A DNA stretch of 64,000 bases from Terriglobia bacterium (GCA_041500985.1 JBGQNE010000016.1:3372-67371), one strand, 5' to 3'. Positions 19,538 through 29,607 are shown, counted from the stretch's first letter. Notes: generated by a model from the letters alone, not told the origin. Numbers and translations: made by a program.

Positions 19538-20691
19538 GCGCGGTTTTCTTGCTCCGCGCGGATCATTTTCCATTCGCGCTCGAAAATTTCGCGCGCCTCG
19601 CCGTCATACAGGACAAAGCAGACTTTCTCGAGGGAAGATTTTCCCGCCAGATGGCGGCACGCCTCGCGCAGCATGATCTTGGCGCACTCGGCCAGGGGAA
19701 AACCGGCGATGCCCGTGCCCACGGCGGGAAAGGCGATGCTCTTCAGGCCGCGCTCGGCCGCCAGGCGCAGCGCATGCGCGGTCGAGCGCCGCAGCGCGTC
19801 CGCCGTGGTTCGCCCGCCCAGCTCCATGCTGGCCGCGTGAATTACGTGGCGCGCCTTGAGCTTGCCGCCGCCGGTGAGCGCCGCGCCGCCGATGGGAATG
19901 CTGCCGATTGCGTCGCATTCCTTCTGGATCGTGTCGCCGCCCTTGCGGCGGATGGCTCCGGCCACGCCGCCGCCGAGGATCAGATCGTTGTTGGCGGCAT
20001 TGACGATGGCATCGGTGTCCATCTCGGTCAGGTCGCCTTCGAGAATCTCGATTCGTTCTTCCATGCGGCCCATTGGAAAAATCGCTCCCGCGCGGCTCTT
20101 CGCATTATGCTTTTCCCCGCCGGAAATGCCCTCCGGAGATTCACGCAGGACGCTGGCTTTCCGGCCCATACGGCGCGCCGCTTCCGTACAGGCAGCCACG
20201 GTCTCATCCGAAGTTTGCGATGCGCTCACGATTTCCATAAGTTTTTTTTCGCCGGCGGGTTCGGGAAAGCGCAGGCCCACGCAAAGTTCCGGGCGGTAAG
20301 TCATCGCGGCCATATCGGCGATGGAATGGGTGGGAGAGGTGCTGGCCATCACCGCCTGCGGCCGGGCGAACTTGTCGAAGAGCGTGAACAGTTCCAGCTT
20401 CAGCTCCAGCTCCTCGGGAAGGGCGTCAATCAGCATGTCCGCTTCGTGGCAGGCGTCCTCGACCGTGCGCACGGTCGAAATACGCACGAGGGCTTCGTCA
20501 GCGGCTTGCGAAGTGATAACCCCGCGGGCGAACTCCGCGTCCAGCGACGCTTCGATCCAGTCCAGCGCCGCCGTAAGCTTCTCCGGCATGACGTCTTCGA
20601 GAATCGTGCGGTAGCCGGCGAGGGCCGCTTCCCTCGCGATGTTCCGCCCCAGCGCCCCGGCGCCGATGACCGCGATGCAGTTGATGTTCAT
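19534..20691 (-). CDS. Fusion of a 3-hydroxyacyl-CoA dehydrogenase NAD-binding domain and a macrodomain
   Basis: VIGAGALG, DALPEELELK; then GDLT, DAIVNAAN, GGGVAGAI, AFPAVGTGIAG. Confidence 0.85.
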   Translation of the reverse strand: MNINCIAVIGAGALGRNIAREAALAGYRTILEDVMPEKLTAALDWIEASLDAEFARGVITSQAADEALVRISTVRTVEDACHEADMLIDALPEELELKLELFTLFDKFARPQAVMASTSPTHSIADMAAMTYRPELCVGLRFPEPAGEKKLMEIVSASQTSDETVAACTEAARRMGRKASVLRESPEGISGGEKHNAKSRAGAIFPMGRMEERIEILEGDLTEMDTDAIVNAANNDLILGGGVAGAIRRKGGDTIQKECDAIGSIPIGGAALTGGGKLKARHVIHAASMELGGRTTADALRRSTAHALRLAAERGLKSIAFPAVGTGIAGFPLAECAKIMLREACRHLAGKSSLEKVCFVLYDGEAREIFEREWKMIRAEQENRA

Positions 20692-20731
20692 GGAAGTAGT
20701 TTAACAGGAGTGGAAGAACTTACTTAGACCG

Positions 20732-20848
20732 GTCATCCTGAGCAAAGCGCGCTCTTTGCTCTCCGGATGAGTTTGCGGAGCGAAGGATATCAACTGCAAG
20801 TACCGGCAACACGTAAATTTGAGATTCTTCGCTTCGCTCAGAATGACA
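20732..20848. repeat. Intergenic palindromic repeat, full copy
   Basis: GTCATCCTGAG...GCGAAGGATATC and GAGATTCTTCG...CTCAGAATGACA. Confidence 0.85.
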
Positions 20849-20932
20849 AATTCCACTTTTTTGCGCACACTGCCAAGTTGACGCCCTCAGCTTACCCTCT
20901 CGATTTACGCCCTCGTCATGCATCCTCCGCGC

Positions 20933-21781
20933 TTAGCGGGGAAACAGGCGCGCGGCGTTGTCGTAGAGAATCTTGCGCTTGGTCTCCTCGCGCAGCGGCA
21001 GCGCCAGAAACTTTTCCTGGTTGCCCTTGATCTCCGGAACGCCGGGGCCGGGCCAATCGGTTCCCCAGAGCACCTTGCCGGCAATGTCCTCGATGCGCGG
21101 AAAATATTCCATAAGTTTTTGCGGGGGAATCCCGGAAATATCCATGTGCATGTTCTTGTGGCGGCGCACCAGGAAAAAAGCCTCTTCCATCCACAGCGGC
21201 CGGCCGCCATGCGCCAGGATCACGGTGAGATCGGGATAGTCGATGCAAATGTCATCGCACAGCATGGGCTGAGCGTGGGCATTGCGCGCGCCGGGAAAAA
21301 TCGAAGTGCCGGTATGAATCATTATGGGGAGGCGGTGAAACTGGGCGCGCTCATACACATGAGCAAGCGCCGGAGTGCCGTTGCGATAGGAGTTCGGCGT
21401 GATCTCCTGGTGCGAAGGATGCAATTTCAGCCCGCGAATGCCCAGCTTGGCGATGCGGTCCACTTCCGCCCCGGCATCGGGCACCAGGCGCGGGTCCACG
21501 GACCCGAAGGCCAGCAGCCGGTCGGGAGCGGCCGAGCAGTACTTGGCAATCCATTCGTTCACTTCCGGCGTGAAGCCCATGATGTCCGGACTGATGTAAT
21601 TGATCAGGCCAGCGCGCTCGACATGCAGGCTGTCCAGAAATTTCAGGAAGGCGGTGGAATCGGAGCCGTAGCGCTCGACGTCGGCGTAGTCCTTGCGGCC
21701 GCGCTTGATCAGTTCCAGTGCACGCGGCTTGAACATGTGCAGCGGCTGAATATGGATATGAATGTCTATGATCGGTTGCAC
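20933..21781 (-). CDS. Amidohydrolase family 2 protein
   Basis: DIHIH, GLKLHP, IHTG, LAHGG, WGTDWP, ILYDNAARL. Confidence 0.93.
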   Translation of the reverse strand: MQPIIDIHIHIQPLHMFKPRALELIKRGRKDYADVERYGSDSTAFLKFLDSLHVERAGLINYISPDIMGFTPEVNEWIAKYCSAAPDRLLAFGSVDPRLVPDAGAEVDRIAKLGIRGLKLHPSHQEITPNSYRNGTPALAHVYERAQFHRLPIMIHTGTSIFPGARNAHAQPMLCDDICIDYPDLTVILAHGGRPLWMEEAFFLVRRHKNMHMDISGIPPQKLMEYFPRIEDIAGKVLWGTDWPGPGVPEIKGNQEKFLALPLREETKRKILYDNAARLFPR

Positions 21782-21829
21782 CGCGTATTTTCTCCCTGTC
21801 CGGCGTTCGAATTGCCGGTTATCGATAAT

Positions 21830-22177
21830 TTATTTCGCCAAATTGTCGAGCGCTTCCTCGTCAAACCCCAGAACCATCTTCCCGCCGCGGATGGACACCG
21901 GGCGGCGGATCAGATTGGGCTCGCGGGCCATCAGCTTGATCGCTTCGGCGCGCGACGGCGGATTCTGCGCCATTTTTTTGGCGCGATAGAATTCGTTGCG
22001 CGTGTTCAGAAACGGAATGTAGTCGCGCTCACCGATCAACTCGTCCAGCTCGCCTTCCGTCAGCGGCTGCTTGCCCAGATCACGGGACTCCAGTTGCGCG
22101 CCCTTCTTCAGCAAGAGACCTCTTGCTTTGCGGCAGGAGGTTCAAGTGGGCTTCTCCAGAAAACGAATTTTCACCAA
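21830..22177 (-). CDS. ArsC/Spx-family selenoprotein (UxxC, in-frame TGA at 22144-22142)
   Basis: TTG start after GAAGGA; reads MVKIRFLEKPT-U-TSCRKARG...PNLIRRP...LGFDE; TGA sits at the first Cys of the family CxxC; hairpin follows. Confidence 0.88.
22110..22127 (-). promoter_or_regulatory. Candidate bacterial SECIS hairpin
   Basis: AGCAAGA-GGTC-TCTTGCT starting 15 nt after the UGA; contains AGGUCU as in the E. coli fdhF SECIS loop. Confidence 0.75.
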
Positions 22178-22407
22178 GTCCGTGGAATCCTTCCCCCGCG
22201 GGATCGGAAAACACAAATTCACGAGCCACAGAAAGCGTCAAAACAGGATAGCAGGGGTGAGAGTGAGGGAGTCAAACAGGTGAAATTATAGAGGTTCGGA
22301 CCTTGTTCTCGTATATGCACGACTGCGCCAGCCGCGAAGCGCTCCCGCAGCGCCATGAGCTGCCAATCGTGCGGCAACTCAGCATGCGGCAAAACTTAAT
22401 TATGGCG

Positions 22408-22530
22408 GTCATCCTGACATTCTTTGCGCTCCGGATGGGTTTGCGGAGCGAAGGATCTCCATTGAAAGTGTCTTCAACATGCGCAGTTGGGATTCTTCGC
22501 CCATCCTCAGCGGATGGGCTCAGAATGACA
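22408..22530. repeat. Intergenic palindromic repeat, full copy
   Basis: GTCATCCTGA...CTCCGGATGGGTTTGCGGAGCGAAGGATCTC...GGATTCTTCG...CTCAGAATGACA; core nearly identical to the copy at 20732. Confidence 0.85.
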
Positions 22531-22558
22531 AGCTGATTTTTGATGATTTATTTGAGCA

Positions 22559-23773
22559 CTACTTCCCCGCGGAGGGCCCGCCGGGACCGGACTTCGCTTC
22601 GCCTTCGAGCGCCTTCGCTCCGATAATCAGCTTGAGCACTTCGCTCGCGCCTTCATAAATGCGCAGCGCGCGAATTTCGCGGTAGAGCCGCTCGACGGGC
22701 ATGCCCCGCACCACGCCCAGCCCGCCGAAGAGCTGCACGGCCGCGTCAATCACCTGCTGCGCGGACTCGGTGGCGTGCAGCTTGGCCATGGCCGCTTCGC
22801 GCGTGACTCGCGTGCCCAGCACGTCCTTGGTCCACGCCGCGCGATAGACCAGCAGCGCCGACGCGTCAATCTGCACGGCCATCTCTCCGATTTTCAATTG
22901 CGTCAGTTGAAACTCCGCCAGCGTCTTGCCGAACATGCGCCTCTGGTGCGCCCGCGCCACCGATTCATCGAGCGCCCGCCGCGCAAAGCCCAGCGCCGCC
23001 GCTCCCACCGAGGAGCGAAAGACATCGAGCGTGCCCATGGCGATGCGGAAACCTTCTCCCGGCTTTCCCAGCAATCGCTCGGCGGGAACGCGGCAGTTCC
23101 GCAAACGCAGCGTGCCCAGCGGATGCGGCGCGATCACGTCAATGCGCTCGGAAGCGTCCAGCCCAGGCGTGTCCGCGTCCACAATAAACGCGGAGAGTCC
23201 CTTGGCCCCCGGCGCCTCCCCGGTGCGCGCGAAGACCACGTAGAACGAAGCGATGCCGGCATTGGAAATCCACGTCTTCACGCCGTCCAGCCGCCAGAAA
23301 TTCCCCTCGCGCACGGCCGTCGTGCTCATCGCCGCCACGTCGGAGCCAGCATCCGGTTCGGAAAGCGCGAACGCCGCCAGCGCCGTCCCCGCGCACACCC
23401 GCGGCAGGATGGCCCGCTTCTGCTCTTCGCTGCCGAAAAGCGAAACCGGCGCGCTGCCCAGCCCCTGCATGGCCAGAGCGAAATCGGCCAAGCCCGAAGT
23501 TTTTCCCAGAATTTCCCGCGCCAGGCACAGGCTGCGCACATCCACTTTTTCGCGCAGCCCTCCGTAGGCTGCCGGAACGCACGCGCGCAATAGCCCCGCC
23601 TGGCCCAATTCGGCCACCAGCCGCGCGACGCAGGCGTACACCGCGTCGAGATTCTCCTCGGCGCCTTCGAGCAGCGGCGGGAGTTTTTCTCCCGCCCAGC
23701 GTTCGAATTCACCCGCCAGCGCGCGATGTCCTTCGTCGAAAAAAGGCCACGCGAGATAGCTTTGATCGGCCAT
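22559..23773 (-). CDS. Acyl-CoA dehydrogenase
   Basis: Start [12 protein letters not shown] (TGATG overlap); [33 protein letters not shown]. Confidence 0.95.
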   Translation of the reverse strand: MADQSYLAWPFFDEGHRALAGEFERWAGEKLPPLLEGAEENLDAVYACVARLVAELGQAGLLRACVPAAYGGLREKVDVRSLCLAREILGKTSGLADFALAMQGLGSAPVSLFGSEEQKRAILPRVCAGTALAAFALSEPDAGSDVAAMSTTAVREGNFWRLDGVKTWISNAGIASFYVVFARTGEAPGAKGLSAFIVDADTPGLDASERIDVIAPHPLGTLRLRNCRVPAERLLGKPGEGFRIAMGTLDVFRSSVGAAALGFARRALDESVARAHQRRMFGKTLAEFQLTQLKIGEMAVQIDASALLVYRAAWTKDVLGTRVTREAAMAKLHATESAQQVIDAAVQLFGGLGVVRGMPVERLYREIRALRIYEGASEVLKLIIGAKALEGEAKSGPGGPSAGK

Positions 23774-24591
23774 CAGTTCCCCTCGAAGACCGGCGTCTGC
23801 TTCGCCGCAAACGCATTGTACGCCCGTTCGAAATCGTTGGTCTGCATGCAGATGGCCTGCGCCTGCGCTTCCGCTTCGATGCATTCGCCCAGGCCCTGGC
23901 TCCATTCCTGGTACAGCATGGTCTTGGTCATGGAGTGCCCAAACGTCGGGCCGTCCGCCAGCGACTGCGCCATGGCCGCGGCGTCCGCCAGCAATTTTTC
24001 CGGCTCCGCCAGGCGGTTATAGAAACCGAAGCGCTCGGCCTCTTCCCCCTGCATGGCCCGCCCGGTATACAGCAGGTCCGAAGCGCGCGAAAGCCCGATC
24101 AGCCGCGGCAGCAGCGTGCACGCGCCCATGTCGCATCCGGCCAGCCCCACGCGCACAAACAGGAAGGCCACCTTGCTGCGGGCCGTGCCGAAGCGCATGT
24201 CCGAAGCGCAGGCGATCATCGCCCCGGCCCCCGCGCAGATGCCGTCAATCGCGGAAATGATGGGCTGCGGGCAGGCGCGCATGGCCTTGATCAGGTCGCC
24301 GGTCATGCGCGTAAACGCCATCAGCTCGAGCATGTCCATCTTCACCAGCTTGCCGATGATATCGTGCACGTCCCCGCCCGAACAGAAATTTCCTCCCGCC
24401 CCGGTGAACACCACGGCCTTGATGTCCGTGGCATAGACCAACTCGCGGAACAGATCCCGCAGCTCGCCGTAGGACTCCAGCGTCAGCGGATTTTTCCGCT
24501 CCGGGCGGTTCAGCGTGATCGTGGCCACCTTCCCGGATACTTCCCATCCAAAATGCTGCGCCTTGTACCCCGCCAATTGAATCTGCTTCAT
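23773..24591 (-). CDS. Enoyl-CoA hydratase/isomerase
   Basis: [24 protein letters not shown]. Confidence 0.93.
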   Translation of the reverse strand: MKQIQLAGYKAQHFGWEVSGKVATITLNRPERKNPLTLESYGELRDLFRELVYATDIKAVVFTGAGGNFCSGGDVHDIIGKLVKMDMLELMAFTRMTGDLIKAMRACPQPIISAIDGICAGAGAMIACASDMRFGTARSKVAFLFVRVGLAGCDMGACTLLPRLIGLSRASDLLYTGRAMQGEEAERFGFYNRLAEPEKLLADAAAMAQSLADGPTFGHSMTKTMLYQEWSQGLGECIEAEAQAQAICMQTNDFERAYNAFAAKQTPVFEGN

Positions 24592-24621
24592 AGGCTCCTT
24601 TCGACAACGTAAGTAAAAAAC

Positions 24622-25368
24622 TCAGCCCGCCATCGTCAATCCGCCGCTCACGCTTAGCACCTGCCCGGTAATGTATTCCGACCGCGCGCTCGCGAAAAAC
24701 AGAACCGCGTCGGCGATCTCGCCGGGCTTGGCGAAGCGCCGGAACGGAATCGCCGAACGGAACGCCTCGCGGATCTTTTCCGGCACGGCCTCCAGCAGCG
24801 GCGTATCCGTGGGCCCCGGGCAGACGCAATTCACGTTGATGCCGTAGCGCGCCGTCTCCCGCGCCAGCGCCTTGGTGAAGGCAATCAGCCCGCCCTTGGC
24901 GCCCGAATAGACGCTCTCGCCCAGGCTGCCCACGCGCCCCGCGTCGCTGCTGATGTTCACGATCTTGCCGCTCTTGCGCTCGATCATTCCCGGTAGAAAC
25001 ACTTTCACCAGCTTCATCGGCCCCACAAAATTCAGATTGATCACCTTGTCCCAGAACTCCGGCGTGGTCTCCCAGAAGGGCTTCGTCTGCCCCCAGCCCG
25101 CTCCGTTCACAATAATATCTGGAACGCCCGCCTGCGCCCGCACCGCTTCGGCAAACGCCGCGAGCGAGGCGTCGTCGGTCACGTCCACATGCACATAAGT
25201 CGCCTGGCGTCCCTTGGCACGAATCGCCGCCGCGGCGGCTTCGCCCTTTTCCCGCGCAATGTCGCCCAGGAAAACGCGCGCGCCCGCTTCCGCCAGCGTT
25301 TCCGCCGTGGCCTGCCCGATGCCCGATGCCGCTCCGGTGACGATCGCCGTCTTGCCGTTGAGATTCAT
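24622..25368 (-). CDS. SDR oxidoreductase, BadH-like
   Basis: TGAASGIG, SSDAGRVGS, YSGAKGG, CPGPTDTPL. Confidence 0.9.
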   Translation of the reverse strand: MNLNGKTAIVTGAASGIGQATAETLAEAGARVFLGDIAREKGEAAAAAIRAKGRQATYVHVDVTDDASLAAFAEAVRAQAGVPDIIVNGAGWGQTKPFWETTPEFWDKVINLNFVGPMKLVKVFLPGMIERKSGKIVNISSDAGRVGSLGESVYSGAKGGLIAFTKALARETARYGINVNCVCPGPTDTPLLEAVPEKIREAFRSAIPFRRFAKPGEIADAVLFFASARSEYITGQVLSVSGGLTMAG

Positions 25369-25399
25369 GAAGCCTCCCGAGGATTTCCGTGCCGCAAAT

Positions 25400-26185
25400 T
25401 TATTTCGCGCTCCGCTTCAGAAATTCCGCCACCCGCCGCCGGCTCTCGGCATTGCCGTAAAGCTCCCGCGTCGCGGCAATCTCCTCCGCATAACCCGCGC
25501 GCTGTGGCTCGCCTGCAAACGCGATGCAGCGCTTGTTCGCCGCCAGCGCCGCCCGCGGCGCGCTTGCCAGCCGCTCCGCCAGCGCCCGCGTCCATGCAGC
25601 CAATTCCGCGCGCGGCTGCGACCACTGCACCACGCCCAGCCGCTCCGCCAGCGCCCCGTCCATCACTTCCCCGCCCAGAATCAGCCGGTTCGCAATTCCC
25701 CGCCCGCACAGCCGCGTCAGCCGCTGTGTTCCTCCCGCGCCCGGCACCAGCCCCAATTGCACCTCCGGCAGCCCCAGCTTGGCTTCGTGCGCGGCCACGC
25801 GCAGATCGCACGCCAGCGCCAGCTCCAGCCCGCCGCCCAGCGCCGCCCCGCCGATCTCCGCAATCGTCAGCAGCGGCGCCGCCTCGATGCGTTCGAACAC
25901 CCGCTGCATCCGCCGCACCACCTCGATCATGGCCTCCGTTCCCGCCGGCCCCGCGAAGCAGCTCTGCATCAGCGCCAGGTCCGCTCCCGCGCAAAACGCC
26001 TTCTGCTCGCTGCGCAGGTGCAGCACGGAAATCTCTTCGTCGCCGGAAACCTCCTCCACCATCCGCTCTAGTTCCGCCAGCAGTTCCTCATTGATCGCAT
26101 TCACCGGCGCGCGCGCCAGCGTGACCACGCCCACCCGTCCGCGCCGCTCGACCGTCACCGCCGCAATCTTCTGCGCGCCGCTCAT
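25400..26185 (-). CDS. Enoyl-CoA hydratase/isomerase
   Basis: Start MSGAQKI; FCAGADL, ALGGGLELALACD, PEVQLGLVPGAGGT. Confidence 0.93.
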   Translation of the reverse strand: MSGAQKIAAVTVERRGRVGVVTLARAPVNAINEELLAELERMVEEVSGDEEISVLHLRSEQKAFCAGADLALMQSCFAGPAGTEAMIEVVRRMQRVFERIEAAPLLTIAEIGGAALGGGLELALACDLRVAAHEAKLGLPEVQLGLVPGAGGTQRLTRLCGRGIANRLILGGEVMDGALAERLGVVQWSQPRAELAAWTRALAERLASAPRAALAANKRCIAFAGEPQRAGYAEEIAATRELYGNAESRRRVAEFLKRSAK

Positions 26186-27744
26186 GCGCTCTTCTCTTTC
26201 CCGCGCAGCGCCTTGCGCAATTTGTAGCGCTGAATTTTTCCCGTGGCCGTCTTGGGCAGCTGCTCCACAAAATAGACCCACGCCGGCGCCTTGTACGGCG
26301 CCAGCTTGGCCTTGCAGAACGCCCGGATCTCTTCCCCCGCCTGCGGCGAAGCCTCCGCCGAATTCCGCAGCACCACCCACGCTTCCGCCTTCACCAGCCC
26401 GTGTTCATCCGGCCGCCCCACCACCGCCGCTTCCAGAATTTTCGCGTGCTCCGCCAGCGCCGACTCGATTTCAAACGGCGAAACCCACCGCCCGCTCACC
26501 TTCAGCATGTCGTCCCCGCGCCCGCAGAAAACATACCGCCCCTCCGCGTCACGCGTAAACGTGTCCCCGCTGTCGAACCACCCGTCGCGCAGAGCCTTTG
26601 CCGTCCTCTCCGGGTCGTTCCAATAGCGCTTCAGCACCGACGGCCCCTTCACCAGCAGCCGCCCCGGCGTCTCGCCGTCCACATCGTTTCCCGCCTCGTC
26701 CACGATCCGTATCTGGTATCCCGGCACCGGCCGCCCCAGCGTCCCCGGGCGCATATCGTCCATGCGATTGGAAATGTATACGTGCCCCGCCTCGGTCGAG
26801 CCGATCCCCTCGAGCACCGGCACGCCCGTGGCCTCCAGCCAGCGCCGGTGCAACTCCGGCGGCATGGGCTCGGCTGCCGTGATGCACCGCCGCAGCCGCG
26901 GCACATCCTCCCGCCGCAGCGCCGATGACGCCAGAAATTTCGCATAGAACGTGGGCACCGCCGCAAACACCGATGGCTCGCAGCGCCTGAAAACTTCCAG
27001 CACCGTCTGCGGCGTCGGCCGCCGCTCATCCAGAATGGCCGTCCCGCCCACCCACAGCGGCGCCGTCAGCGCCACGCCCACCCCGTAGGAAAAAAACAGC
27101 CGCGCCACCGAAAAAAACACGTCGCTCTCGCGCGCCCCCAGCACGTCCACGCTATAGAACTGGCAGCACACCGCCACGTCGTTGTGGCTGTGCAGCACAC
27201 CCTTGGGCCTCCCCGTCGTCCCCGACGAGTACAAACAATAACAATCGTCGCTCTCCCGCGTCTCCGCCGCCTTCATTTCTCCCGAGGCATGCCGCGCCAG
27301 CGCGTTCATCCCCGCATTTCCTTCAAGCGTCAAAACCGTATTCGGCTTGACCTCCAGCCCCCGCAGCGCCGCCTCCACCTCCGCCGCAAATTCCGTGGCA
27401 TAGACGATGCAGGCGGGCCGGGCATCCCGCAAAATCGTTTCGAAATCCGCGGCGCGAAACAGCACGTTCAGCGGAACCGGAATCACTCCCGCCTTCACCG
27501 CTCCCCAGAATAAAAAGAAAAATTCCGGGCAATCGTTCATTACCATCACCAGCCGGTCCCCGCGCACCAGCCCCAGCTCCCGCAGCACGTTCCCGTAGCG
27601 GTTCACCCCGTCCCGCAAATCCGCATACGTCACTTCCCTCGCGAGCGTCCGCAGCGCGGCCTTCCCCCCGCGCCCCTCCTCCATGTGACGGTCCACCAGG
27701 TACTCCGCCACATTAAACGGCTCCGGAAAGCGCATCTCCGGCAT
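26182..27744 (-). CDS. Benzoate-CoA ligase family protein
   Basis: FNVAEYLVDRH, YSSGTTGRPKG, LFFSYG, GIGSTE, KVSGRWVSP, PKTATGKIQR; start could also be 27735. Confidence 0.92.
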   Translation of the reverse strand: MPEMRFPEPFNVAEYLVDRHMEEGRGGKAALRTLAREVTYADLRDGVNRYGNVLRELGLVRGDRLVMVMNDCPEFFFLFWGAVKAGVIPVPLNVLFRAADFETILRDARPACIVYATEFAAEVEAALRGLEVKPNTVLTLEGNAGMNALARHASGEMKAAETRESDDCYCLYSSGTTGRPKGVLHSHNDVAVCCQFYSVDVLGARESDVFFSVARLFFSYGVGVALTAPLWVGGTAILDERRPTPQTVLEVFRRCEPSVFAAVPTFYAKFLASSALRREDVPRLRRCITAAEPMPPELHRRWLEATGVPVLEGIGSTEAGHVYISNRMDDMRPGTLGRPVPGYQIRIVDEAGNDVDGETPGRLLVKGPSVLKRYWNDPERTAKALRDGWFDSGDTFTRDAEGRYVFCGRGDDMLKVSGRWVSPFEIESALAEHAKILEAAVVGRPDEHGLVKAEAWVVLRNSAEASPQAGEEIRAFCKAKLAPYKAPAWVYFVEQLPKTATGKIQRYKLRKALRGKEKSA

Positions 27745-27862
27745 CCCCTGCGGCCCGATCTCCACTCGTACGGCCACTCCGCGCCTCCCCGCCGAGCCCT
27801 GCCCGGCGGTGAAACAGCAACCAATCCCCGGACCATACACTATATTCGGGTCCGATATTCCG

Positions 27863-27891
27863 TTTCTATACCCATCTAGTTGCCTTGTCAA
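27863..27891 (-). promoter_or_regulatory. Sigma70 promoter of the CoA-ligase operon
   Basis: TTGACA-17 nt-TAGAAA on the minus strand. Confidence 0.6.
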
Positions 27892-27939
27892 GCATTTCTC
27901 CTCGCTTGCTTCCCCCGCTCCCCCTGCCTCTCCCCTCAA

Positions 27940-27968
27940 TTGACACCCCCTCAACCCATTGCTATCCT
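27940..27968 (+). promoter_or_regulatory. Sigma70 promoter of the lipoprotein gene
   Basis: TTGACA-17 nt-TATCCT with an extended TG. Confidence 0.65.
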
Positions 27969-28013
27969 CCTCCCCATCTTGCGAATCTGCCACTTTCCAC
28001 CAGGAGCCTCTCG

Positions 28014-29504
28014 ATGAAACTCATACGCCTGCCTCTTCTTCTGTCGTGCGCCCTGGCCTTTTTTCTTCTTTCCTCCTGCTCCAAGAAAGATGAAGGCTCC
28101 GCCGAGTCCGGCAATCCCTCCGCCGTCCTGGCCAGCAAACCCTTCCACGACCTTCGCGATCTTCCCGGAACCGTCTTCGACGTGGCCTACACTCCGGAAA
28201 CCGTCCGCATTGACGAATCTTCCTGGAAGAGCACCCTCAAGAGCGTCAGCTCCGACGGCACCGTCTTCGTCTTCGATAATCCCGATTCCAAAATCACTTC
28301 CCTCGCCGCCGGCCAGGTTCTCTTCCTCGAAAATCTTTCCGTGCGCAAGGTCGTGGCCACCGCCACCCACGACGGCCATTTCGCCGTAAAAACCGAGCGC
28401 GCCGGCATCACCGACCTGATCCAAAAGGGCCAGATAAAGTGGAACGTCCCCGTCAAATTCAGCTCGCTCTACGCCGCCGCCCCCGCTCCGGCCTCCTCTT
28501 CTTCCGGCCAAGTCTCCGCCATGCTCACGCGCATCAGCCCCGAAGGCGTGGTCTACGCCAGCGGCACCGAAATCCATTTCTCCGGCAAGATGGACGACTG
28601 GAAATACACCATCGGCGTCGTTCCTTCCCCCAATCGCCTGGATATGAATTTTTCTGTGGCCAAAACGATTGATACCCTCGGCGTCAGTTTCGCCGCCAAG
28701 GGTTTTCTCAAGGACTTCGTCAGCACCGCCGACATGCACATCCAGGACGGCGCCACCGACAGCTTCAACTTCAGCAACACCGGAATGAACGGCGAAATGA
28801 ACGTGGACTACGCCGCCGTTCGCGGCGGCGGCGACACCGCCGGCATGGACAAGCCCAACATCAAACTACCCACTCTCGCCAAGATTCCCTTCCCCATCGC
28901 CGGCATCCCTTTTGTGGTCAGCGTCAATGCCAACCTCATCCTCAAGCCCGGCTTCGGCGGAAAAAAGGAAACCATCAAGGGCACCTTCAAAGTCTCCTAT
29001 AACGGCGACGAAGGCGTGCAGGTCACCAACGGCGAAGCCTCCGTCAGCGGCGCGGCCTCCGGAGACGGCACCATCGGCGATTTCCTCAGCACCTCCATCG
29101 CCCCCCACGCCATCCTCCTGGGCATGGCCGCCCCCAAAATCACACTCAGCCTGGGCACCGACTCCACCGTGGACATGCTCACCAGCGCCCTGCCCTCCTC
29201 GCTCGCCGATGCCCTCTCCGACATCTTCTCCCGCACCGACCCCGGCAAATGGGCGAAGAAGAAAATGGAAACCACCTTCAAGACCGAAGCCTCCGCCAAC
29301 GTTCAGAACGTCGCCATCCTCACCATCGCCACCTCCGGCGCCGTCTCCCTCGTCCCCTGCAGGCTCTCCCGCCTCACCCTCGAATACAAGGCCGGCGCCG
29401 ACGCCTACATGCTGGGCCGCAAAGCCGCCGACAAGGAAATCGTCCTGTTCAAAAAAGACTTCGTCCTCCGCGTCCCCGATATCAACGCCTGCGGCGAAAA
29501 ATAA
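28014..29504 (+). CDS. Large beta-rich lipoprotein of unknown function
   Basis: AGGAG SD; MKLIRLPLLLSCALAFFLLSSC lipobox; strong C-ending codon bias. Confidence 0.85.
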   Translation: MKLIRLPLLLSCALAFFLLSSCSKKDEGSAESGNPSAVLASKPFHDLRDLPGTVFDVAYTPETVRIDESSWKSTLKSVSSDGTVFVFDNPDSKITSLAAGQVLFLENLSVRKVVATATHDGHFAVKTERAGITDLIQKGQIKWNVPVKFSSLYAAAPAPASSSSGQVSAMLTRISPEGVVYASGTEIHFSGKMDDWKYTIGVVPSPNRLDMNFSVAKTIDTLGVSFAAKGFLKDFVSTADMHIQDGATDSFNFSNTGMNGEMNVDYAAVRGGGDTAGMDKPNIKLPTLAKIPFPIAGIPFVVSVNANLILKPGFGGKKETIKGTFKVSYNGDEGVQVTNGEASVSGAASGDGTIGDFLSTSIAPHAILLGMAAPKITLSLGTDSTVDMLTSALPSSLADALSDIFSRTDPGKWAKKKMETTFKTEASANVQNVAILTIATSGAVSLVPCRLSRLTLEYKAGADAYMLGRKAADKEIVLFKKDFVLRVPDINACGEK

Positions 29505-29520
29505 TTCCCAGCGCACGCGC

Positions 29521-29557
29521 GGGTGCCGCACCCTTCACGCTTTTCGTGAAGGGTGCG
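29521..29557. repeat. REP-like hairpin between convergent genes
   Basis: GGGTGC-CGCACCCTTCACG-cttt t-CGTGAAGGGTGCG with a 13-bp stem. Confidence 0.6.
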
Positions 29558-29607
29558 ATCTTTTCTGTCTCCGTTACGAAGTGTTGAAAGGAAACTTCCA
29601 GAAACCG

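Noticed and set aside
22303-22536. Small ORFs over palindromic repeats (also 20720-20923 and 55078-55266)
   Set aside because: Translations such as ILRPSSADGLRMT and CHSERSEES are just the repeat sequence
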